DNA from: Marsupella aquatica
Lineage: Eukaryota; Plantae; Marchantiophyta
Reading direction: 5' to 3'
Length of the DNA: 64,000 bases
NCBI GenBank assembly: GCA_973895155.1
Contig: OZ316895.1
Location: 18,361,880-18,425,879, forward strand
The translations under genes were made by a program, and so were the position numbers. The notes below the pieces were generated by a model. The model did not search any database. It worked only from the letters and a program-made list of their open reading frames with translations, and had not been told where the DNA came from. Positions 1 through 9,435 of the stretch are shown piece after piece (position 1 is the first letter of the stretch; every line of letters begins with the position of its first letter).

Positions 1-735
1 CATGGGGTCCTACATGAAGGTGGCAACCTCTCCACTAGGTGTGGGGTACTATACCCACTATTCTCCAACCACTAGTTGCACCATGAACACTTTGGAGCCA
101 TGTTTTTGCATTTTGTTAAGGCATGATGGAACCTTGGGGAAATCACTCCCAAGGCATACGGCTTTGGAGTGATTTGCCAAAATTGTCACCATGGATGTAT
201 ACCACCACATTCAAAGTTAAATAATAGTTGTTTTCTTGTTCTCTAAGAGTTAGCGCAAAACCAGTGGAAGGTTGTTGTCCTTTGATTTAACTATGTCATG
301 TTTGTGCTAGCATTTGGGTGAGGAATATTCTATTAAATTGCTAAGGATTTTCCAGGGGCCACTCCGATAGGTAGTGTAATCTTCACTGGGTCATTTTGGA
401 GTAATGGTGTGTCATTAAAGCCAATGACTACCATATGGGTCATTTTGGCAGTCATATTGCCGGTCATTTGGACCAAATGACTGCATACCTGGTCATTATA
501 GAGGTCCCTCATGGTGTCATTATGGACCAACCTAAATGACCAGTTTGGGGATAAGGGCTGAAAGTGGGCCCTAGACTGCCATGGGGCCCTACATGGAGCT
601 GGCAACCTTTCCAATAGGTGTGGGACACTATACTTACTATTCTCCAGCCACTAGTTGCACCATGAGCACTTTGGAGCCATGTTTTCGCAATTACTTAAGG
701 GATGATGCAACCTTGGGGAAGTCACTCCATGGTAC
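1..735. repeat. Diverged direct repeat, ~580-bp period, probably intronic in CACTA 1
   Basis: catggggtcctacatg...ggggaaatcactcc (1-~150) recurs as catggggccctacatg...ggggaagtcactcc (580-~730). Confidence 0.8.
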
Positions 736-844
736 AGGTATGTAAACCCTATACCATATGGATCATAATTATGCTACCCCATTGTGTTTGTATATTCATG
801 GTGGATTGTGCATTGATGTCTTCAGTGTTGTTGTTGCCATGTAG

Positions 845-1722
845 GATATATGATGCTACCAATGAGACTGTTACCAAACAAAGAGTGGATTTCCGGAAGG
901 AATGGATGAGGAAGCCTGCCAATTGAAGAAAACCAGTGGAATTTCCCCTTGACTGCCAAGAACTGCCACCTTTCAAGGAATGGTTTCAAACATTAGTCAA
1001 TACGCATAATTTTGAGACAGAGTCTGAGCGGTCATTACTATCTACATACTCCACACCACCTAGTTTGAAGGCACGACTGTATAGGGCATGCAGAGCCTAT
1101 GGGCATCACTGGAGGACTATTCCATCCTTGGGGTGTTTGAGTGATTGTGATTCTGGTGCATTCAGCACTTTTGATTATGGGATGGCTTCGACATTCACTG
1201 AGAAGCGAGTGGACAGGTCTGGCGCAACTAGAGAAGAATTTGTACAGTATGTAGGGGCCTTGACAGATATCTTGGTACTGAATTACGGCAACTTGAGGAA
1301 AGAGGTGATTCTTTTCAAAGGGAAATGGGCAGATCCATCATGGACTCCTAATCACTCAGTGAATGGAGAATCCTCTGCCAGTATGCCAGTATTCTGAGTC
1401 TGGTCTTTGGCAGGTGAATTTCCATAGAGAACTGGGTGTGTCCAAGAAAATGGATTACGTTTTCCCAAAGCAAGTGGAGCAGGTTTTCTTCCACCCCAAT
1501 GAGAAGGGGATAGCATGGAGAACAATCCTCCACAAAGAATCTAGGTCCACAAGGGTGTTAGGTGATTACACAGATGTTGATTTCCATGCTACAATGGAAA
1601 ACAATGCCAAATTACACATTGAATTGGCTAAAGCCTGTAGGACTAGAGCAAATCCAGGACCAAGTACTGGTCCCAAACGAGGCAGAGATGCAGAGGGATC
1701 TGCAAGAAAGGGTAGGCCTTAG
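845..1722 (+). pseudogene. CACTA transposase (TnpD) last exon, DUF4216-like; disrupted
   Basis: Motifs AYGHHWRT, DSG, YVGALTDILVLNY..VILFKGKW, YVFPKQVEQVFF..W parallel the C-terminus of the transposase at 40807-42795. In-frame TGA at 924-926 and a frameshift near 1370. Confidence 0.8.
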
Positions 1723-1822
1723 CAGTGAATAGGTTTTAGGTGTGTGAAGTCCATAGATAGACTACATTTATGGACTATATATGAAATCAGACTAATGTTT
1801 TGCCCATTTGCGTAGTTGGTGA

Positions 1823-3801
1823 ATGCAACCTGTGAAAGGAAGATTGCAGGGGTTGTCACATCCTGTGAATGCTTATGAGGAGGCCCAAAAGCGGAACATA
1901 GAGCATAATGTCAGGATTATGCGTGATCTAGGACTGGGGCCAGACTGCATGCTGATGTGTCTGTTAATATGTCTATTGCAAATTTGATTCCATAGATATA
2001 TGGAGTTGTCAGGTTCATGTTATGTTTTCATATTCCAGATATATTGGTCTCATACTAGTATGGATCCTGTACATAAGTACCATTGTTACTATGTTGTAGA
2101 TTCTGCTTGCATGTATGTTTGATCTGCATTCATTGGTGTATGTTGATGATTGCTTTGTTCCTTAGAGGCCCAACCACACATGTACAGCGACAAAGAGAAA
2201 AGCCTGCATTGGGGAAAGGTACTTCAACTGGAACATTGCCAAAGAGGAGGAGCTCTAGACTATCACAAGTTACCAAGGTGAACATGGCAGAGTCTGGTGA
2301 TGATGGCTATACCAGTGCTGGGTATGACACTGAGGATTCTGACATTGGAGGGTCAGAACCTGAGAGTGAACAGCAGGTAATGCTTGAACTTCATCATCCT
2401 AAACCTTAAATCCTTGTCCTTGTTTCAAAGTATTTGTTAATATGCCTACGTTGTCCATGATGTAGGTACAGAAACAAAATTGTGGTCCTAAGAAGACTGG
2501 GCCTGGTGGAGGTGGGCTGGTGAGACGTTGGAAAGACCCAGACACTGGACTGTTATATGAAAGTGAGTGGATTGTACTGATATACCTTTTTAGTGTGTTT
2601 GGAAGTTGATATTCTACTTGGAAATGAAATTCATTGAAGTGCTTGGTGTTGTGTGTTTGTTTAGTGGTTCCATCAGCATCTGAAGGCAGATCAGGTCAAT
2701 CTGACGTACTACATTCTAGAGGATCTTTAGGTAATAAAAATCTGCTCGTCATGCATATGCACGTGCATTTGCTTAACTTTTCAATGTACATATTTTCTGA
2801 TTGAAAGCATGTGTGTGCATTGCAAGCGGGGCCTCTGAGATGCGCAGGGAGCGAAGGCATGCTAAGAAGATGTTTGATAATGCTGCCAAAGTATAAAGGA
2901 ATCAGGGAGATTTGCCCAAACACATTACAATGAGTACTGTACTTTTTTTGAATGTAGATTTAGACATAGATCCTCTCTGTTATTGTGTGTATAAAACCTG
3001 GACTATGCATAAATTCCAGAGTTATGAATTGACATTGCATGTGAAATGCAGATTTATGACAATGATATTGATGACTCTGATCCCAACAAACAGTACTGGC
3101 TAGAGGAACTTCGTGGCAATTTACTCAGAGTCTTTGATGTATCAAAGCCAAAATGGACTGATCATCCACAAGTTCATATAACCAGTGTGTGGAATAACAT
3201 GGCAGCTGAGTGGAAGTATGTGGGTGGGGAATTTATTGACAACAAATTCCAGAGTCATTGTCGTGGCATATTGAAGAGAGAGCGCCATAAAATGCATGTT
3301 TACTGGAAGAAAGTTTGCAATGAGGATCCAACCAAACCTGGGCCATTTGGTGTTGATCCAAAGAAATGGGCAGCTTTGGTATCTCATTTCACCAGTCCAG
3401 CATTGATATCTTTGAGTAAACATATGACTGATAAAAGAGCACGAGTGCAAGATACCAGTCACTTTGGTAGAGGAGGGCATGCTGCAGCAGCAAAGAGAAT
3501 GGTAAATTGTCTATATCATTTTCACTATCAGTTCTGTCTTTTTTGTGAATCTTGATGAAAACAGACTCTGTGTTTCTCATTCATTGTGTGTTTGAACAAA
3601 AGCAAAAGAGAGGATCAAGCCCAGGTATGTCTGACCTGAAAGAAAACCTTGGTAGTCAGGGTTCATTGCCAAAGGTGACAATGAGCCCATCATTGGCAAG
3701 TGCAGAAGGTCAGACTGGTAGTTTTTTGGGAGCAAAGGTGAGCCTGTCATTGGCAAGTGGGGAGGGTAAAAGTGCTAGCTTACTTGGGCGAGGATACAGA
3801 C
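1823..3801 (+). pseudogene. CACTA 1 second gene (TnpA/Ptta, Transposase_24-like), 5' exons
   Basis: Multi-exon; exon ~3052-3501 reads KW..LVSHF....S....KRARVQ..SHFGRGG then a GTAAAT donor. The exon ending at 3801 is cut by the Gypsy and resumes at 13865. Confidence 0.7.
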
Positions 3802-5230
3802 TGTGGTATACCCGTTAGCGATAATCTTCTAAATAGGAGACATTTTTAATTTTTTTGGATGGAAGTTAGAAACTTTGAGGTTGTAAGCAGGATAATTAGC
3901 CATAAAGAGCATTAAGTGAGTAGGGAAGAGGAACGGCCTTTACCAAGAAATGAGCGCTTCAACCTGGTGACCGGTAGCAGTAAGAGCGCGAGAAAGAATG
4001 AGTACTGGCGGAGGAGCTATGCAGGTCGAGGAAGAAAACCGAAGGCTTAGGACAATTGTTGAAGCTGTAATGTGACACCATTGATTGAAGACAGGGCGCT
4101 GCGAGTAAAACAGGGATAATTTTTGGGCAGAAGTGTCAACTCATAAGAGACGCCCTCTGTTAGTAGTTCTTAAGACAGCACTATTTACTTACTCAGAGCA
4201 CCTTTAGTAAGTTTACTAAGTAGATGTTCACTATTGTTTTACCGACAGCGCTACTAGTTGATTTTCCACCATAGTAAGAAGTCTCTTTTCTAGTTAGCAG
4301 CACTCAGTACTCTACTACTTTTCATACTAGTTAAAACTACAGTATGTAGTTTAGTTTAGATCAGCCTTTCTAGATCTCATTTTAGTTACTTTTCTTTCTA
4401 GATTCTAGGGAACACTTTCTCTGCCCTGACTTTGATGATACTTAAGCCCTTGTTTTTCCTCATTTCGGGTGAGAAGGACTAAATTGGAAGCCTGGCTGTA
4501 GATGCAAGACTCCCGGTCGCTCCCTTTGTTTGTGATCTATTCAGTTGTAGAGATTGCAAATGAAGTAAATGTTTGTGTTGAGGAATTTGTTTTGAAAGAT
4601 TCCTCGATAAACAAGTGTATGTTCAACTTCTGGAAATCAAGATGAATTTTATGATTGATTGCTTACAGTGATGAGAATCATTCAAAATTCAAAGATGAAT
4701 GTTTATAGGAAAGTGTCAAATCTATCATTGAGGGACAAGAGTACCATTATTATGCCCTGGACTTTTGCATTAGTGTTTTGTCTATGCCATACCTGATGCC
4801 TAGCCAAACCGTGTTGCCATCATTTTAATGCAAAGCTCGGCAATTATAATCTGAAATTTACCTTGAAAACGGTAGAGATTATATCTTTCCTGTGATCTTC
4901 TCATGACAAGAGCGAGATTTTGAAGGAGAAGAATATAGGAGAATGGGTTGAGTAAGACCCTAATCTTTGTTGAAGGAAGGGCAATGCCATTCATATTCCT
5001 TGAATTCTTCCTTATGTAAATCCACCTTCAATCATGATTCCAGAATTAGTTGTTACTGGTTGATTTTATTCTGTGTTTGATCGGTTGAAGATAGAGAAAT
5101 TTGAGAGGTCAGCTTATATCTCTTCATTAACACTATTTCCTTCAATAGCTTCCACTTTGTTCTTTACGGGATCGACTTTGGGTTATCTTTGGCTTTAAAC
5201 CTTGTGTTTTATTTATAGACCTATATCACA
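3802..5230 (+). repeat. 5' LTR of Gypsy 1
   Basis: TGTGGTATA...TATATCACA; near-identical to 12431-13859. Confidence 0.97.
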
Positions 5231-5238
5231 TAGATTTT

Positions 5239-5256
5239 TGGCGCCGCTGCCGGGGA
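5239..5256 (+). promoter_or_regulatory. Primer-binding site, tRNA-Asp type
   Basis: TGGCGCCGCTGCCGGGGA, 8 nt after the LTR; one mismatch to the plant tRNA-Asp PBS TGGCGCCGTTGCCGGGGA. Confidence 0.85.
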
Positions 5257-5596
5257 ACGAATTGGAAGTAATTGAAACTCAGGCAGTGAATGCCACTTGT
5301 AGTGAAGGATTTTAAGAGCTTAGAAGGGAGAATTTTGGCCTCATGGAGCCATCTGTGGAATGGCCGGTGATGACATTTGAGACCTATTCTTTCACCATTG
5401 ACAATGCACCACCTTCTTTTGAAGAATTGTGGCGAAGGAGAGCGCTCCGTGCAACTGAAAGGAGAAAAGAACGCACCATTAAGAAAGAAAAGCGAAATGG
5501 TGCATAATTCTCTGGCAGGGGCGGATTCTTGGTCCAGACGGAGGGAAGTGTTACTTTTTTGTACAGTATCAGGAGAGGAGCGCTGCTTTACTATGA

Positions 5597-6160
5597 AGAG
5601 CGCCGCGGGTTGAGGATGTATTGGTTCTGTTGAAGGGGGAGGCCCTGGGTTCAGGGAGATTTCAGGGAGATTCGAGGGAGATCCAAACCATTACGCTCAA
5701 GAGGAAGTTCTGGAGGAGAGCGCTATTAGATAGCAAAGGACGACTCCAGCCGGAAGCGGAAAATTCGGAGATTGGACTTGTGCGGCAGTTACAGACGGAG
5801 CGCTACGGGATAGCAAGGGGCGCCCTCAGATTTGAAGCTGGCCCGGACGCTATCATGCCCTAGGTTCAGGGAAGTACCTTTGAGTTTCAAGTAAGGGTGG
5901 ACGGCTTCTTGATTAGAACGGTAAGGCTGGACAGAGGTTCGAGAGTGAATTTGCTTTCTTCTTGGTTGGTAGAACAATTAAATTTGGGACCACTTTTTGC
6001 CACCACAGTTAGGATTTGGTATGACGGGCATATCCTTCGACCTGTAGGGGAACTTAGGTCACTTGCTATTCAAGTGGGGGATGAATACTATGTTATGGAT
6101 TTTGTTATAATCGATCCCCCAGTCATGGAATTTCCTGAAATGGTGTTGCGATCCTTTTAA
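5597..6160 (+). pseudogene. Extra upstream ORF ending in a retropepsin-like (aspartic protease-like) domain; internal TAG at 5861-5863
   Basis: FEFQVRVDGFLIRTVRLDRGSRVNLLS...RPVGELRSLAIQVG...MDFVIIDPP aligns by eye with the element's own protease IEVQVQGCVVKGVPVDGGSSVNLMT...VPVGRLSGVETLIAG...LEYIVISPD. Confidence 0.65.
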
Positions 6161-6210
6161 GCTGGTAAAGGAGGAGGCAGGCAGTATCAAGAGGGGTAGA
6201 GAAATGAGGA

Positions 6211-8418
6211 ATGACTGAGAAAAATCAGCAACCAGGCAAGGAGGAAACCCGAGTCTCGACGTCCCAAGTCCCATCCTTCGAATCACCGGTTCAACCGAGG
6301 GGGTTAATTGCAGAATTTCAGTCACCAGACTTTCCGCCACCTGGAAGTGTAAACGCGAGATTATCCCTCATTCAGCAGAATGATTCGAGGGGAACTCTGG
6401 AAGCGCCAACTTCTAGTAGACCAGGATTTGTGAACTTACGTTCTGGACCGAAGTTGATTGTCCCCCAAAAGCCTCGAAAGAAGCCTGGAATTTCGGGGAG
6501 TTTAAGACGAGCCAGTAGTTTGGATGATCACATAACTCCATCGAGTTTTAAAACTTTCGGAACATCTCTGGTGTGGCAAGAACGAGAGAACTCACTTACC
6601 CCGCAGGAGGAGCAGAATCAAGGTAGCCTTGAGCAACCCGCAGAAGTCACAACTACGACGCCAGGCACCGCTTTACCAGAGATTGCCCAAGACCCTTATG
6701 ACACTCCTGAGAGTGTTTTTGTGGTACCATTGGGAGGCGTTGAGGACTTAGATAACCTGTATACATCTCAGACATCCCACTCGGGAGTATCTTTGTTGGG
6801 AAGTGGTACATCAAATTCCAGTTTACCTTCCAGCACAACCCGCACGCCACGAGGCGGGACCTCTACCCCCGGAAGTACTAAGAGCGCCTCTCCTTCTTCA
6901 GCAGCGCCCGTAGTTACAATGGCCCGGAACCATGTGCGGTATGATAGATTTTTTGGGACCTCAAAGGAGGATGCAGAGGTTTACCTGAAGGAGTTTGAGG
7001 CCTCAGCAACTTCTAATGGGCAGAGCCTGGATGCAGAGAAAGCCAATTTATTCGGGGGGCTAATGAAGAAAAGAGCACAGAAATGGTACGATCGGTTCCC
7101 AACCAAACAGGATTGGCCCAGTGTGAAGGCTGCGTTCTTGGCTAAATTCCAAGAAGATGGAGCAGCAGCCCGAGCATTTACTCGGATATCTCACTTACGT
7201 ATGAAGAAGCATGGCTCGGTAAGAAAATACGCTGATAAACTGTTGGATTTGGTTGACCAGTATAACCCTGCCACTTCTAAATTAACTGTGAGAGATTGGT
7301 TTGTCAACGGGCTACCTTCCCGTATTGCCCGATATGTGAGGAGAGAGGGAGGCACGACTTTTGATGAAGCACAAGAAGCCGCACAGAAGTATGTCGATTC
7401 TGAGATTTCAGGGAAGAAACGGGTGAGGAAGGACTTGAAACGAGATAGGCATAAGAAGAAAAAAAAATCCAAGGACAGCTCAGAATCGGAGGCAGAAACC
7501 ACTAGCAGTTCCAGTGACGACGAGTACAGCTCCACGACCACTACCAGTGAGAGTTCGACCTCTTCTTCAGATTCGGAGAAATCTACTCCAAAGAAGAAAT
7601 CTTCCAGCAAGGGGGCCTCCAAGACCACTCACCCGAAGAACCTGGATCGGTTGATGTCAGATCTTAGTGGCAAGTTGTCTAAATTAAGTGTCAACATTGC
7701 TGCTCTTAAACCTGTGAGACGACAACCGCCTGCTATGAGAGTAAACGTTTGGTGTGCTCGTTGCAATCAACAAGGCCATTATCCAAGTGAATGCCCGAAT
7801 TCCAATCTGAAGGTAAATTACATGCAGATGCAGGAGGAGGCGGAGGGTTATGACTATGATAATTCCTATGCTGTGATAGCACCTGGGGGAAGTCAGTATT
7901 TCCCATCGACACCTCAACCAGCTCCTGGACCAGCATGGGCATCTTCGAAGCCGAATTATGGTCGAGCAGTGCCGAGGCCACCTATGGGACCTCCTGGAGG
8001 ATATCCACCTCGTGGTGCACCTCGAGCAAAGGGCTCTTGCTGGAACTGTGGTCAACCAGACCACTATTCTCCTCAATGCCCCTACCCTAGGCAGGAGGAA
8101 GGTTACACGCCAGTCTGTGGGAATTGTCATAAAGAGGGCCACCTGCCAGTTGAATGCCCCAATCCTCCCAAACCCAAAATGATGGTGCGCTTTGCCCAGG
8201 AACCAATTAAGGAGACTACCAGGCCGGAAGCAAAGGTTCGCATGGTATACTCCGAAGAAGTTGAGCATTGTGGATTGATTCATCATACACAGGTAAATCG
8301 TGTCGAAGGGAAGGCCGATTCACTCTTTGCTCAATCTTTATCCGGAGTAGTACCCGATGTCATGGTGGAGCACTTAGTGAAACCGGAAGTGGTGGGACTA
8401 CCTAATGCGAGAGTGTAG
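6211..8418 (+). CDS. gag: Gag (retrotransposon gag domain, three CCHC zinc knuckles)
   Basis: F.G...EDA..YL..FE...A.KWY...W..VK.AFL..F capsid pattern; knuckles CARCNQQGHYPSEC, CWNCGQPDHYSPQC, CGNCHKEGHLPVEC. Confidence 0.9.
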   Translation: MTEKNQQPGKEETRVSTSQVPSFESPVQPRGLIAEFQSPDFPPPGSVNARLSLIQQNDSRGTLEAPTSSRPGFVNLRSGPKLIVPQKPRKKPGISGSLRRASSLDDHITPSSFKTFGTSLVWQERENSLTPQEEQNQGSLEQPAEVTTTTPGTALPEIAQDPYDTPESVFVVPLGGVEDLDNLYTSQTSHSGVSLLGSGTSNSSLPSSTTRTPRGGTSTPGSTKSASPSSAAPVVTMARNHVRYDRFFGTSKEDAEVYLKEFEASATSNGQSLDAEKANLFGGLMKKRAQKWYDRFPTKQDWPSVKAAFLAKFQEDGAAARAFTRISHLRMKKHGSVRKYADKLLDLVDQYNPATSKLTVRDWFVNGLPSRIARYVRREGGTTFDEAQEAAQKYVDSEISGKKRVRKDLKRDRHKKKKKSKDSSESEAETTSSSSDDEYSSTTTTSESSTSSSDSEKSTPKKKSSSKGASKTTHPKNLDRLMSDLSGKLSKLSVNIAALKPVRRQPPAMRVNVWCARCNQQGHYPSECPNSNLKVNYMQMQEEAEGYDYDNSYAVIAPGGSQYFPSTPQPAPGPAWASSKPNYGRAVPRPPMGPPGGYPPRGAPRAKGSCWNCGQPDHYSPQCPYPRQEEGYTPVCGNCHKEGHLPVECPNPPKPKMMVRFAQEPIKETTRPEAKVRMVYSEEVEHCGLIHHTQVNRVEGKADSLFAQSLSGVVPDVMVEHLVKPEVVGLPNARV

Positions 8419-9435
8419 GACAGGGACAAGGTCTTGAAAAATATTTATGCCACCACTCGCTCCAAGCGAAAGGAGGAGAAGGAATTGGCTGTTGTAAAGA
8501 AGAAAAACACGGAGAGTAAACCTCGTGCACCAACAGAGGAAGGACTTCCCAAGGACCAGGATCCAGCTTATGATCGGTACGATCCGAAATACTTTCTACC
8601 CGATATTTCTTCAGAGGTCAAAGCTCAATTGAAGGAGCTAGTAAAGGAGACTCCTCCCGACCCCACCCTGAAGGAGGTAAAGGCACCAAAGCACAATTCT
8701 CCCATTGGTCCTTCTCAAGGATATGACATTTTGGCAGATGTGAAGAACTCCCCAGCTCAGATTACTATAGGGGAACTGTTGCAAGATAACCCAGTGTACA
8801 GACGGCAGCTTCGAGGTCTCCTCACTGGTCGAAGACGAAGATGGAAGTTACCGGAGGTGGAGGTGCTACGAGTGATCAGTCAGGATTTAGGCCCACCCGA
8901 GATCGAGGTACAGGTTCAGGGATGTGTGGTGAAGGGAGTCCCAGTTGATGGAGGCTCTAGTGTTAATCTTATGACTCAGCAGACAGCGTTCGGTCTTGGC
9001 TTCACAAAGTTGGAGAGCACACCAAAGATTTTGCGGATGGCGGACCAATCACGAGTTGTCCCTGTGGGGAGACTAAGTGGAGTGGAAACTCTCATTGCTG
9101 GGGTTCCTTTTTCCTTGGAGTATATTGTCATTAGTCCTGATACTCCTTCGAGTTTCCCCATTTTGTTGGGTCGACCTTGGCTGTACAAGGCTCATGTACA
9201 GGTGAATTGGAGGACTCGAGAATTAACCTTTGCACAACCCAAGGTGGTGGTGAGCTGGGCACCAGACAGACATCAAGGTGAGACTGTGACCGATGATGGA
9301 TACACTTCGGACTTTTCGGATTCTACTTTAATTTTGGACCCTCTAGAGTTTGAGTTGGAAGAGGTTCGATATTTGGAGTTGTACTATGCGGACGTATCTG
9401 CTAGGGGATCTGCTCAAGTACCCAAGGAGTCGTGA
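8419..9435 (+). CDS. Aspartic protease segment, same frame as gag, after a single TAG
   Basis: VDGGSSVNLM active-site motif and ILLGRPWL; in frame with the 6211 and 9505 ORFs. Confidence 0.9.
   Translation, partial: DRDKVLKNIYATTRSKRKEEKELAVVKKKNTESKPRAPTEEGLPKDQDPAYDRYDPKYFLPDISSEVKAQLKELVKETPPDPTLKEVKAPKHNSPIGPSQGYDILADVKNSPAQITIGELLQDNPVYRRQLRGLLTGRRRRWKLPEVEVLRVISQDLGPPEIEVQVQGCVVKGVPVDGGSSVNLMTQQTAFGLGFTKLESTPKILRMADQSRVVPVGRLSGVETLIAGVPFSLEYIVISPDTPSSFPILLGRPWLYKAHVQVNWRTRELTFAQPKVVVSWAPDRHQGETVTDDGYTSDFSDSTLILDPLEFELEEVRYLELYYADVSARGSAQVPKES

Noticed and set aside
4800-4994. Short ORFs inside LTRs (4800/13429; 29966-30707/37300-37987)
   Set aside because: They recur only because the LTRs are duplicated; no recognisable domain.
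7191-8286. Long antisense ORFs over gag, pol, LINE and TnpA-like regions
   Set aside because: Shadow frames of low-complexity or GC-rich coding sequence with no independent motifs.
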